Assembly (NCBI GenBank): GCA_028826165.1
Contig: JAPDFW010000132.1
Span: 1 to 64,000, forward strand
Length of the DNA stretch: 64,000 bases
Reading direction: 5' to 3'
Source: Anaeramoeba ignava BMAN
Taxonomy: Eukaryota; Protista; Anaeramoebae
Shown here in pieces: positions 25,001 to 37,267 of the stretch. Position 1 is the stretch's first letter. Every line of letters starts with the position of its first letter. Under the pieces are notes generated by a model. The model had not been told where the DNA came from, made no database searches, and saw only the letters and a list, made by a program, of their open reading frames with translations. The position numbers and the translations under genes are program-made.

Positions 25001-27556
25001 TCTTTATTGATTCATCCTGATTTATTTTGGAATGTTGTTTTTCTCCTTCAAAGAGAAAACATGTTTGTTTTTGAACATGCTTTGAAATTATTTGATATTA
25101 TTCTTGGAATAGGAATCAATAATAATGAAATTATTCAGGTTCTTTCTGCCTCAATGCCTTTAAAATGGTATAATAGAAAAGAACAATGAAAATAAAAATA
25201 ATAATAATAATAACGAAAATAATAATGAAAATAATCTATATATTATTTAAACAGGGAAATTCCATTTTTGGGAATACAACAACTTATTTTACGTGGATTG
25301 GCTTCTTCTTTCTCTCTTAATACAACAAAATTAATATTCCGTGTATTAAAACAAATGATAATGATTGAATCAGATAAAATTATTGAAAAAAATAGCAAAA
25401 GAATATTATCAAATCTTATTGGAACTCTTCCTTGGATTTGCAAATCAATTGATAACCAAAACCAACATAAAATTCTGGATTATGTGAAAAATTTATCAAT
25501 TCAATTGAAAAAATATGGATTTAATAATCTTTCCCAATTTTTTGAAAGCTTTCCTGAATTTAATTTTGGGAATTCTAAAGAATTTTTACAAAAAATGGAA
25601 CCAATATTTTGCAAAACATTTTTTCCTGAAAATTATCCAATTGTGATGAAATTTTATCTTAATTTAATTTCAAATGGAAATGAAGATTACAAAATTGAAT
25701 ACATTAGAATTTTATACCATTTGATTGCTAACCAAAACATGAATAATTTTGATTTCCAAATATCCTATTTAAATTCAATTATGGAATTATCAAAAAAGAA
25801 ATGCGCAAAGGAAATATCAAAATTACTTGATTTATTAATGAAATTAACAAATGAAAATTCAACAACACCAACAAATCTTCATCTTGAAGTTAATCCAACA
25901 ATTGAAAATGAACCAAGTATTTCTTTAAAAGAAAATGAAAAGGAAAAAGAAAAGGAAAAGGAAAAAGAAAAAGAAAAAGAAAATAATCAAAATATTACTT
26001 CATTTCGTTCAGTTTCAAACGATGATGCAATTTTAAGAGAATGGGTTATCCCAGATTCACAATCAATTCAAATTCCAAACAATTTTTTCACTGCTAAAAC
26101 CAAACAAAGTCCCAAAAGAGACGAAAAAACCAAAGTGAATATTGTTGATGATACAAGTTTGGGAGAAATGAGTTCAACAAATTCTGAACTTGTTTCTGTT
26201 GTTGAAGGACATATTACATCAGAAGCATTTGATCCAAATGATCTTTCTGATTTGATTACAAATTCAGACTATTTTAGCAATATTCTTTCTGGAAATGATA
26301 CACAAACATCAGATAATGAAGTTGCAGATATTTTGTTTACTTCAAGAGAAAAAGAAAAACAAGAAAGAACAATCCAAGCATTTGAAAAGCATCTCCAAAA
26401 ACAAATTGAAAATGAAGCTCAACAAACAACTGATGAAACTACTTTAACTGAAGAAAATATTGTTTATACATCTTCTCCATATTTTATATCAAGTAAAAAA
26501 GATCGTTTTGTTTCTTTTGAGGATTTAGAACGTGAACTTTCTTTTTCTAATATTGAAGATTTTGAAATTCCAACAAAATTCCAAAATGAATCAAATTCAA
26601 ATTCAAATTCAAATCCAAATTTGAAACAAAAATCCAATTTAGATTCAAATTTAGATCAAAATTTAAATTCAAATTTAAATTTAAATTTAAAATTAAATGA
26701 AGAAGATGATAGAAAATTCATTGAAGATTTAAGATTCATTGAGAATTTAATTGAAAATGAGAATGGAAATGAAAACGAAATTGAAAATGAAAATGAAAAT
26801 CAAAATCAAAATCAAAAATTAGATGATCCAGAAATAATTGAAATTATAAAAGAAGACACAAAAATAAAATTGAATGAAAAAAAAAATCAAAACAAAAATT
26901 ACAAAAAAAATGGAAATTTTAATGATTTACCTTCTTTATTGAAAATTTTCAATTCAATTACAAAATTTTTGAAAGCAAAAATCAAAGAATACACAATACA
27001 ATATCAGAAAACAATTGAAATTATTAAGAATGAAAATTTCAAACAATTAATTCAAGAAAAAGTTATCAATCCAGTATTTTTTGCAACTTGTTTTCTGAAA
27101 AAATTACAATTAGATCCATTAACAGATGAATATAAAAAAATATGTGAAATAATGAATAAAATACAAGTCAAAACACCAACAAAAATGGAAAATTTTAAAT
27201 TACAAAGAAAAAAGCATTTGAAATTAGTTAAAGAAAGTTTATTTAATTACAATTCAAAATCAAGACAAACTGAAGAATTTATTTTCTTTATATCTGCAAA
27301 TTCTGATATGAAAGAAAAGCAAAATTTAGTTGAATTTTCTTTATGTAATTCTATTTTAAATCAACATTATCAGTTAATGATACTTTATCGTTCTTATTTA
27401 GATTTTTATAATGTTTTGTTTCAAATTCTTGAACCTGATTTATCTTTATCTCATTCTGAAGGTTTATGTCATGAAAATATTCAAATGAATAGAGTTTTAG
27501 TAAAAAAGCTTGAATTAATTCAGATGAAAATGCAATCAAAAAACGAGAAAAATTAA
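16003..27556 (+). CDS. FRY: Furry/Tao3/Mor2 (PAG1) cell-morphogenesis scaffold, ~17 exons, ~2480 aa
   Basis: LKALIDWRE, RLCGNVIEELSK, HPDRVLLGLRTF and FPFLGIQQLILRGLASS resemble conserved Furry blocks. The ORFs at 16706, 20250, 22972, 23730, 24290 and 25268 join through in-phase GT-AG introns. Confidence 0.82.
18200..18745. repeat. (aattcaatattc/aattc)n satellite in Furry intron 18144-18788
   Basis: Direct inspection; flanked by TTTC|GTAAAT and TCTAG|AA. Confidence 0.85.
20690..22945. repeat. 18-bp minisatellite (aaattaatatttaaattc)n filling the 2.3-kb Furry intron 20670-22968
   Basis: More than 100 near-perfect units; source of the spurious LNINLN ORFs. Confidence 0.92.
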
Positions 27557-28220
27557 AATTATAATTAAAATTAAAATCTAAATCAAAATCTAAATCAAAA
27601 TCAAAATCAAAATCTAAATTAAAATTGAAATCAAAATCAAAATCAAAATTAAAATTAAAATTAAAATTAAAATCAAAATTAAAATCAAAATTAAAATCAA
27701 ATTCCAAATCAAAATCAAAATCAAAATCAAAATCAAAATCAAAATCAAAATCAAAATTAAAATTAAAATTAAAATCAAAATTAAAATCAAAAATTAAAAT
27801 CAAAATTAAAATCAAAATTAAAATTAAAATCAAAATCAAAATTATAATTATAATTAAAATTAAAATTAAAATTAAATGAAAATTAAAATTTTTCTTCTCT
27901 TTTCATTTTTAAAAATTTAAAATTAAAATTAAAATCAAAATCAAAAATCAATTCAAAAAATCAAAAATTAAAATCAAAATCAAAAATAAATTAAAAATAA
28001 ATCAAAATTAAAATCAAAATTAAAATTAAAAATCAAAATCAAAATTCAGGAAAAATCAAAATCAAAATGAAAAATGAAAAATTAAAAATCAAAATCAAAA
28101 TCAAAATCAAAATCAAATTAAAATCAAAATCTAAATCTAATTTTAATAATGAAAATCTAATTCTAAATCTAAATCTAAATCTAATTCTATTTTTAATTCC
28201 AAATCTAAATCTAAATTAAA
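27555..28220. repeat. (aaaatt/aaaatc)n hexamer array, intergenic
   Basis: Direct inspection. Confidence 0.85.
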
Positions 28221-28337
28221 TTTTGTTTTTATTCAATTTGTTTTCATTTAAATAAAATTTTTCCAAATTTTTCATTTTTCTTAATTTTTCATTTTTAAAA
28301 ATTTAAATTGAATTAAATCAAATTAAAAAAAAAAAAG

Positions 28338-31300
28338 ATGCAACGTCCTTATTCAAAAGTTCAACTTGAATTTGAAGGAGAGTTTGTTTTTAAAATAAAT
28401 AAAATAATTAAAATTGAAATTATTTTTTTTTTGCTTTCAATTTTTTAAAATAGTCAACTTGGTGGAAGATTTTCAGGAGATAATTTAATAAGTTTTGTTA
28501 TTGTTTTTGTTGAAGATTATGAAAAAAAATCATGGAAAGAAGCTGCAAGAACAGAAAAGCAAAAGTTGAAATTCAATTTAATAATAATTTTAATAATAAT
28601 TTTAATAATAATTTTAATAATAAATTTAATAATAAATTTAATAATAATTTTAATAATAATTTTAATAATAATTTTAATAATAATTTTAATAATAATTTTA
28701 ATAATAATTTTAATAATAATTTTAATAATAAATTTTAATAATAATTTTATTTATAATTTTAATAATAATTTTATTTATAATTTTAATAATAATTTTAATA
28801 ATAAATTTAATAATAATTTTAATAATAATTTTAATAATAAATTTAATAATAAATTAATAATAAATTTAATAATAAATTTAATAATAATTTTAATAATAAT
28901 TTTAATAATAAATTTTAATAAATTTTAATAATAAATTTAATAATAATTTTAATAATAAATTTAATAATAAATTTAATAATAATTTTAATAATAATTTTTA
29001 ATAATTTAATAATAATAATAAATTTTAATAATAAATTTTAATAATAATTTTAATAATAATTTTAATAATAATTTTTAATAATAAATTTAATAATAAATTT
29101 TAATAATAATTTTAATAATAATTTTAATAATAATTTTAATAATAATTTTAATAATAAATTTTAATAATAATTTTAATAATAATTTTAATAATAATTTTAA
29201 TAATAATTTAATAATAATTTTAATAATAATTTTAATTTAATAATAATTTTAATAATAAATTTAATAATAATTTTATTTATAATTTTAATAATAAATTTTA
29301 ATAATAAATTTAATAATAATTTTAATAATAATTTTAATAATAAATTTAATAATAATTTTAATAATAAATTTAATAATAATTTTATTTATAATTTTAATAA
29401 TAAATTTAATAATAATTTTTAATAATAATTTTATTTTTTTATTCATTTTTAAAAAGAGGTCTTCATCCAAAATGGACAAAAAAAATTTTAGTTAACTTTT
29501 ATCTAACTTGTACTCAAAGAATTAAAATTGTTGTCTTTCAAAATGATGGAAAATCCCAACAAGATTATATTGGAGAAGTAGATATTTTTTTTTAAAAAAA
29601 ATAATTCAAATTAATTTCATTTAAAAAAAAATTTTTAGAAAAAAATTAAAATTGTTCAATTAATTTGTTCACAAACAAAAGAAAGAGTTTTTGAATTACA
29701 AAATGCAAAAGATCCACAAAATCAAAGAGGAAGTATTAAAGTTAAAGCTGAAGAAGTAAGTTATTCTATTAAAAAAAAACAAAAACAAAAAGAATAATTT
29801 TTATTAATTTTTTGATTTAAATTATTTTAGATTCAAGAAAATTTACTTTTAAAAATGGAATGGAACGGGTAAATTCAAATAATTTAATTTTAATTTTAAT
29901 TTTAAATTTAAATAATTTTAATTTTTCTTTTTTTTTTAGATCGAAACTTGATAAGAGAGTAAAAAAAATATTCTAATTTTTTTGAATGAAAAAAAAAATG
30001 TTTAATTTAAAAATTACTTTTTTTTTATATTAGGGTGTTTTTGGAAAGGCTGTAAATAATTTATATAATTTTTTTTTTGATATAATTTTAATTATTGATA
30101 TTTTATTGAAAAATTATAGAATCCTTATTTATTTTTTTCAAGATGCACAAATCCAACAACAAATGAATTTTTAAAAGTTGCGCAAACTGAAGTTGTACAA
30201 AAAAATATTAATCCCAAATGGAATAAAATTGAAATATCAAGTTTTTCTTTATGTCAAAATGATTATCAAAATCCAATTAAAATTGAATGCTGGGATCTTG
30301 TAATCAAAAATGATAATTAAAAGAATTTTATTTGAATTTTATTTAAATTTTATTTAAATTTTATTTTATTATTTATTATTTTATTATTTATAGGTTTCAA
30401 AATCTGATAAAAAGCAAATTGGAAGTTTTACTGTAAATTTCGAAAACATGAAATTTAAAAAAATTATTAAAAAAAAATTTACAAACATGAAATTTAAAAA
30501 AATTATTTAAAAAAAATTTACAAACATGAAATTTAAAAAAATTATTTAAAAACAAAAATTCAAAAGACAACTCTTGATGAAATTCAAAACCAAAAAAGAA
30601 GAGAATTTGCTTTAATTAACCCACGTTTACAGAAAAAAAAGAAGAAATATAAAAATAGTGGGATTATCCAATTAAAAAGCATTGAAACACAAAGACAATC
30701 ATCAATAGTGGATTTTTTATCAGATAAATTTGATTTCCGATTAGTAATTGGAATTGATTTCACTATTTCAAATGGAAAACCAAATTTTCCAGAATCTTTA
30801 CATTTTATTACATCAGAAGTACACAATCCATATGAAAAAATCATCAAGTCTGTTGGAGGAAGTGTAACTCAAATTTCACCCAATCAAGGAATTCCTGTTT
30901 TTGGATTTGGAGCAAAAATTAATATAAATAAAGAACTTCGTCTTTCTCATTGTTTTCCAGTGAATGGAAATATTCAAAACCCAGAATGCAATGGAATTGA
31001 GGAAGTTCTCAGATCTTATAAAAATGCTTTAGGGCATATTTCTCTTGCTGGTCCAACAAATGTTTCTTTAATAATTCAAGTTGCTTGTAAAATTATGATG
31101 CAAGAACCAAAAAATACAAGTATTTATTAATTTTAAAACAAATTTAAAACAAATTTAAATCAATTTTAAAACAAATTTAAATCAAATTTAAAACAAATTT
31201 AAATCAAATTTAAATCAAATTTAAAACAAATTTAAATCAAATTTAAATCAATTTTAAATCAAATTTAAATCAAATTTAAATCAAATTTAAATCAAATTTA

Positions 31301-32581
31301 AAACAAATTTAAAACAAATTTAAAACAAATTTAAAACAAATTTAAAACAAATTTAAAACAAATTTAAAACAAATTTAAAACAAATTTAAAACAAATTTAA
31401 AACAAATTTAAAACAAATTTAAAACAAATTTAAAACAAATTTAAAACAAATTTAAATCAAATTTAAAACAATTTTAAAACAAATTTAAATCAAATTTAAA
31501 TCAAATTTAAATCAAATTTAAAACAAATTTAAATCAAATTTAAAACAAATTTAAATCAAATTTATATCAAATTTAAATCAATTTTAAATCAATTTTAAAT
31601 CAAATTTAAAACAAATTTAAAACAAATTTAAATCAAATTTAAAACAAATTTAAATCAAATTTAAATCAAATTTAAATCAAATTTAAATCAAATTTAAAAC
31701 AAATTTAAATCAATTTTAAATCAATTTTAAATTAAATTTAAATCAAATTTAAATCAAATTTAAATCAAATTTAAATCAAATTTAAATCAAATTTAAATCA
31801 ATTTTAAATCAAATTTAAATTAAATTTAAATCAAATTTAAATCAAATTTAAATCAAATTTAAATCAAATTTATATCAAATTTAAAACAATTTAAAACAAA
31901 TTTAAATCAAATTTAAAACAAATTTAAAACAAATTTAAATCAAATTTAAATCAAATTTAAATCAAATTTAATCAAATTTAAATCAAATTTAAATCAAATT
32001 TAAAACAAATTTAAATCAATTTTATCAAAAAATGTTTCTTATTTATTCTATAAATTTAGATTATTATGTCGTTTTAATTATGATTGATGGTGATATTACT
32101 GATTTTGAAGAAACTAAAGAAGCTCTTTTAGATGCATCTTATTGGCCAATAATGGTTGTTTTTGTTGGTATTGGAGATAATGAATTTACTCAAATGGATT
32201 ATTTTAATCATTTAAAAGAAGATCCAATTATTATTGGAGAAAAGAAATTACAATTTGATAACGCTGTATTTATTCGTTATCTTGATTATCAAACACAACA
32301 TCCAAATATTTTTACAATGAAAGCACTTGAAAAAGTTAGTTATTAAAAAAAATTTTCAATTTAATTTAAAAAAAATTTTCAATTTAATTTAAAAAAAATT
32401 TTCAATTTAATTTAAAACAAATTTTCAATTTAATTTATAAAAAATTTTCAATTTAATTTTAAAAACAAATTTTCAATTTAATTTAAAACAAATTTTCCTT
32501 TCTTTTTTTGTAATTTAGATTACAGACCATTTTATTCCTTCTTTTCAAAGCAGAGATAAAATTCCAAAAACTAAAAATTAA
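28338..32581 (+). CDS. Copine (C2-C2-VWA), ~12 exons including 19-nt and 18-nt microexons
   Basis: VIGIDFTISNG, IPVFGFGAK, SHCFPVNGN, LAGPTN, IDGDITD and VFVGIGD in the VWA domain; RTE..K..LHPKW and QTEVVQKNINPKW in the C2 domains. Confidence 0.9.
28575..29430. repeat. 12-bp (aataataatttt/aataataaattt)n satellite in copine intron 28565-29456
   Basis: Direct inspection. Confidence 0.9.
31130..32025. repeat. 11-bp (aaatttaaaac/aaatttaaatc)n satellite in copine intron 31120-32059
   Basis: Direct inspection. Confidence 0.9.
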
Positions 32582-32922
32582 CAAAATCATTCACTATTTT
32601 ATTTTCTTATTATTTTCTTATTATTTTCTTATTGAACAAAAAAACAAACGAACAAAAATCGAAAATCCAAAAAAAAATCGAAAAAAAAAAATTTATTTTC
32701 CAAAAAGAAAAAGATTATTTTTTTTAATTTGATTTCTCTTTTTTATTATTTTTTTTAACTAAAAAAAATTCATTTATTGAATTGATTAAGAAATTTCCAA
32801 AAAATCAAAAACAAAAAATTCAAAATTTTTAATTAAAAAAAAACCAAAAAAAAATTTATTTTTATTTTTATTTTTCATTTTTTTCATTTTTTTCATTTTT
32901 TCATTTTCTCTTTTTATTTTAA

Positions 32923-35900
32923 ATGGTTGTTGATACAAAAGTTGGGAAACTTTATTCAAATTGTTCTGCATTTATTTTTACATTTAATCTTATTGTTGGA
33001 ATTGGTTCTTTAACTCTTCCTAATGGATTTCGTGAAGCTGGTTTATTATTATCAACTTTATTTATAATTTTTCTTGCTCTTTTATCGTAATTTTTGCTTT
33101 TTTATTTTTAATTCAAATTTTTAATTCAAATTCATTTTTTATTTATTAGTTATATTTGTGTTACTTTTATGGTTGAAGCTCAAGCAATTGTTAATTTAGT
33201 TTTTAATGAACAAAATGTGAAAATCTTTTTTTATCATTTTATTATATAATTCTTTATCAGATTTTAAATGAAAATTCATTTATAAAATTAAAATTAAAAT
33301 TAAAATTAAAATTAAAATTAAAATTAAAATTAAAATTAAAATTCATTTATAAAATTAAAATTAAAATTAAAATTAAAATTAAAATTAAAATTAAAATTAA
33401 AATTAAAATTAAAATTAAAATTAAAATTAAAATTAAAATTAAAATTAAAATTCATTTATAAAATTAAAATTAAAATTAAAATTAAAATTAATTTAGTTTC
33501 AAAATGAAGAAGAACAAGAACAAGAAAAAAAAGAATTTGAAATTACACCATTATTAGGTAAAGAAATATATTCAGAATCTGATCAAATATTAGATGGAGA
33601 TAATTTAAATCTTTCACCGAAACAAGAAATAAAAGAGATACTTAAATCAACCAGTAGTGAAAAAGAACAAGAAAAAATGGAAGATAATGATTATTTAAGT
33701 AATTCGGAAGATGATTTAAAAGGAGAATCAGATCAACCAGAAGATACAACACTTGTATTTATAATAATATTGATAATAAAACAAGAATTTATTTTAATTT
33801 AATTTATTTGAAAAGAAGAATTGAAAATTGAATTGAATATTGAATATTGAATTGAATTGAATATTAAATATTGAATTGAATATTGAATTGAATATTGAAT
33901 TGAATATTGAATTGAATATTGAATTGAATATTGAATTAAATATTAAATATTGAATTGAAAATTGAATTGAATTGAATTGAATATTGAATTGTATTGAATT
34001 GAATATTAAATTGAATATTGAATATTGAATATTGAATTGAATTGAATATTGAATTGTATTGAATTGAATATTAAATTGAATATTGAATATTGAATATTGA
34101 ATTGTATTGAATTGAATATTAAATTGAATATTGAATATTGAATATTGAATTGAATTGAATATTAAATACTGAATTGAATTGAATATTGAATTGAATATTG
34201 AATTAAATATTGAATTGAATATTGAATTGAATTGAATTGAATATTGAATTGAATTGAATTAAATATTAAATTGAATTGAATTGAATTGAATTAAATTGAA
34301 TTGAATTGAATTGAATTGAATATTGAATATTGAATTAAATTTATTTGGAAAAAAGAATTAAATTTATTAATTTATCTCTTTTATCTTTTTTCAATTTAAG
34401 TTTTTGGATAAAAAAAGTCCAATTCTTAAATCAGAAAATATTAATACTGAAATACAAGAAGAACCTAAAATTTTAAAAATGTCACAAACAAGAAAACTTG
34501 ATTTAAAACATGAAAATCCACCTGAACTTGAAATTACAAAAAGAGTAGAAATGAGTACAATGTCAGAAATGCTTTTAGGAAAAGGTGGAAGAATTGCTTT
34601 TTATATTGTTATTATTGTTTATTTATATGGAGATTTATCTATTTATGCTGCAACAATTCCAGTTTCACTTTCCAAAACAATTGGAGGTTTTGGTTCAATT
34701 TCTGAAGATAATTCTTATTATTTTTATTTGTAAATTTTTAAATTAAATTTTTAAATTGATTTTTTAAATTAACTTTAAATTAATTTTAAATTGATTTTAA
34801 ATTAAATTTTTAAATTAACTTTAAATTCATTTTTTAAATTAATTTAGGTTACTTTTTGGAGTTGTTGTTCTTCCTTTTTGTTTTTTTAATTTTCAGGTAA
34901 ATTCAAATTATAATTTTCTTTTTAAAATTAATTAATTTTTTATTTTTCAAAAAATTATTCTCAAATTTAAAATAGAAATCAAAATGGCTTCAAATTTTCA
35001 CTTTAACTACAAGAAACATTGCATTTATTATGTAAATTTAACTTAAAAACTTTTAAAATTTAATTTAAAAAATTTTTTAATTTAAAAAAATAAAATAATA
35101 GAATGATTATTTTATCAATAATTTATATTGGAGAAAATAAACCATCTCCAAAAGGTTTACCAATATTTCGTTTACAAGGACTTCCTTTATTATATGGAGT
35201 TGTAAATAATGAAAAAAAATTTATTGAAATGGAAAATATTTTTTTTTTTCCGATTTTGAAAAATTTTTTTCCGATTTTTGATTTTTTTTTTTCTAAATAA
35301 AAATAGTCTGTTTATTCTTTTATGTCACATCATTCAATTCCAGGAATTATTTCACCAGTTCGAAAAAAAAACAAAATTAAATTAATTTTAGGACTTGATT
35401 ATTTTAGTATTATGCTTGCTTATCTTTTCTTTTGTTATGTTGCTGTTTTTGCTTTTGGAAATGTAAAAGAAGATGATTGCAAACATTATCCATCATCTCC
35501 TTGCAAAATTCAACGTTTATACACATTAAATTTTGAATCTTATGGTATGAAATTAATTCAGAAATAATTATGATTTTAATTTTAATTATTAATTTTGATA
35601 TTAATTTTAATTTTAATTTTAATTTTAATTTTAATTTTAATTTTAATTTTAATTTTAATTTTAATTTTAATTTTAATTTTAATTTTAATTTTAATTTTAA
35701 TAATTTTAATTTTAATTTTAATTTTAATTTTAATTTTAATTTTAATTTTAATTTTAATTTTTGATTTTAATTTTAATTTTGATTTTGATTTTAATTTTGA
35801 TTTTAATTTTGATATTAATTTTAATTTTAATTTTGATATTAATTTTAATTTTAATTTTAATTTTAAATTTTAAATTTAATTTTAATTTTAATTTTAATTT

Positions 35901-36932
35901 TAATTTAATTTTAAATTTTAATTTTAATTTAAATTTAATTTTTAATTTTAATTTTAATTTTAATTTTAATTTTGATTTTAATTTTAATTTTAATTTTAAT
36001 TTTAATTTTAATTTTAATTTTAATTTTGATTTTAATTTTAATTTTAAATTAAAAAGGTGTTCCATTTATTGCAAAATATGTTGCTCTTTTTCCTGTTATG
36101 ATTTGTTCAAATTATCCTTTAATTTCAATTACTTTAAGAAATAATCTTCAAGCTGTTTTTCGTATTAAACCTACTTCTAGATTTTATAGATATCAAAGAG
36201 TAGTTTTTACAATTGTAGGATCATTTCCACCACTTTTAATAGCATTTTTTATTCGGGATGTTTCCTTATTAGTTGATTTTACAGGATCTTATGCTGGAAT
36301 TTGTATTATGTAATTTTTATCCGATTTTTAATTTAATTTAATTTAATTTAATTAATTTTAATTTAATTTAATTTGATTTTGATTTAATTTGATTTAATTT
36401 AATTTGATTTAATTTGATTTAATTTAATTTGATTTAATTTAATTTGATTTAATTTAATTTAATTTTTATCCGATTTTTAATTTAATTTAATTTAATTTAA
36501 TTTAATTTAATTTAATTTTTATCCGATTTTTAATTTAATTTAATTTTGATTTAATTTAATTTAATTTTGATTTAATTTAAATTTAAATTTTATCCGATTT
36601 TTAATTTAATTTGTTTTTAATTTTAATTTAATTTAATTTAATTTAATTTAATTTAATTTAATTTTAATTTAATTTAATTAATTTTGATTTAATTTTAATT
36701 TAATTTAATTTAATTTAATTTTGATTTAATTTTTAGGTTTCTTTTCCCAACTTTATTTGTTCTTTTTGGTCGTAAACAAATACATAAAAAATATGGAAAA
36801 ATTCATTTTACTCAACAATCTCCTTTTCAATCAAAATTTTGGCTTTATCTTATTATTGGTTGGTCAATATTTGCTTTGGTTTTTAATACAGTTATTCAAA
36901 TTTTACAATTTTGTGGCAAAAAAATTAAATAA
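32923..36932 (+). CDS. TMEM104: TMEM104 (SLC38-like amino-acid transporter family), ~10 exons
   Basis: N-terminus GKLYSNCSAFIFTFNLIVGIGSLTLP, plus YLYGDLSIYA, YSFMSHHSIPGIISPV, NYPLISITLRNNL and FTGSYAG, match TMEM104 blocks. Confidence 0.88.
33830..34340. repeat. (attga/attgaat)n satellite in TMEM104 intron 33756-34400
   Basis: Direct inspection; reverse complement of the 18.2-kb repeat. Confidence 0.85.
35570..36050. repeat. (ttttaa)n hexamer array in a TMEM104 intron
   Basis: Direct inspection. Confidence 0.88.
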
Positions 36933-37267
36933 TTAAATAATTAAATAATTAAATTCAATTTTACTTTTTTTTTTGAAATAAACTTCTTTTTTCTTCATTT
37001 GTTTTTATTCATTCAATTTTCTTTTTTTTTTTTTAATAATGAATTGAATAAAAAAGGAAGTAAAATTAAAAGAATAAAATTTAAAAAGAATTTAAAAGAA
37101 TGTTTTGATTTTTTGTTTTGTTTTAATGATAAAAAAAGGTTTTTTTTTTTTGAGAATTTCAATTTGAATTTAAATTTGAAAATTTTTTTTTTTTGAGAAA
37201 ACAATTTTGAAAAGAATTTCAAGAAAAGTAAGTAATTAAAAGAAAAAAAGAAGAAGGAAATTTTGAA

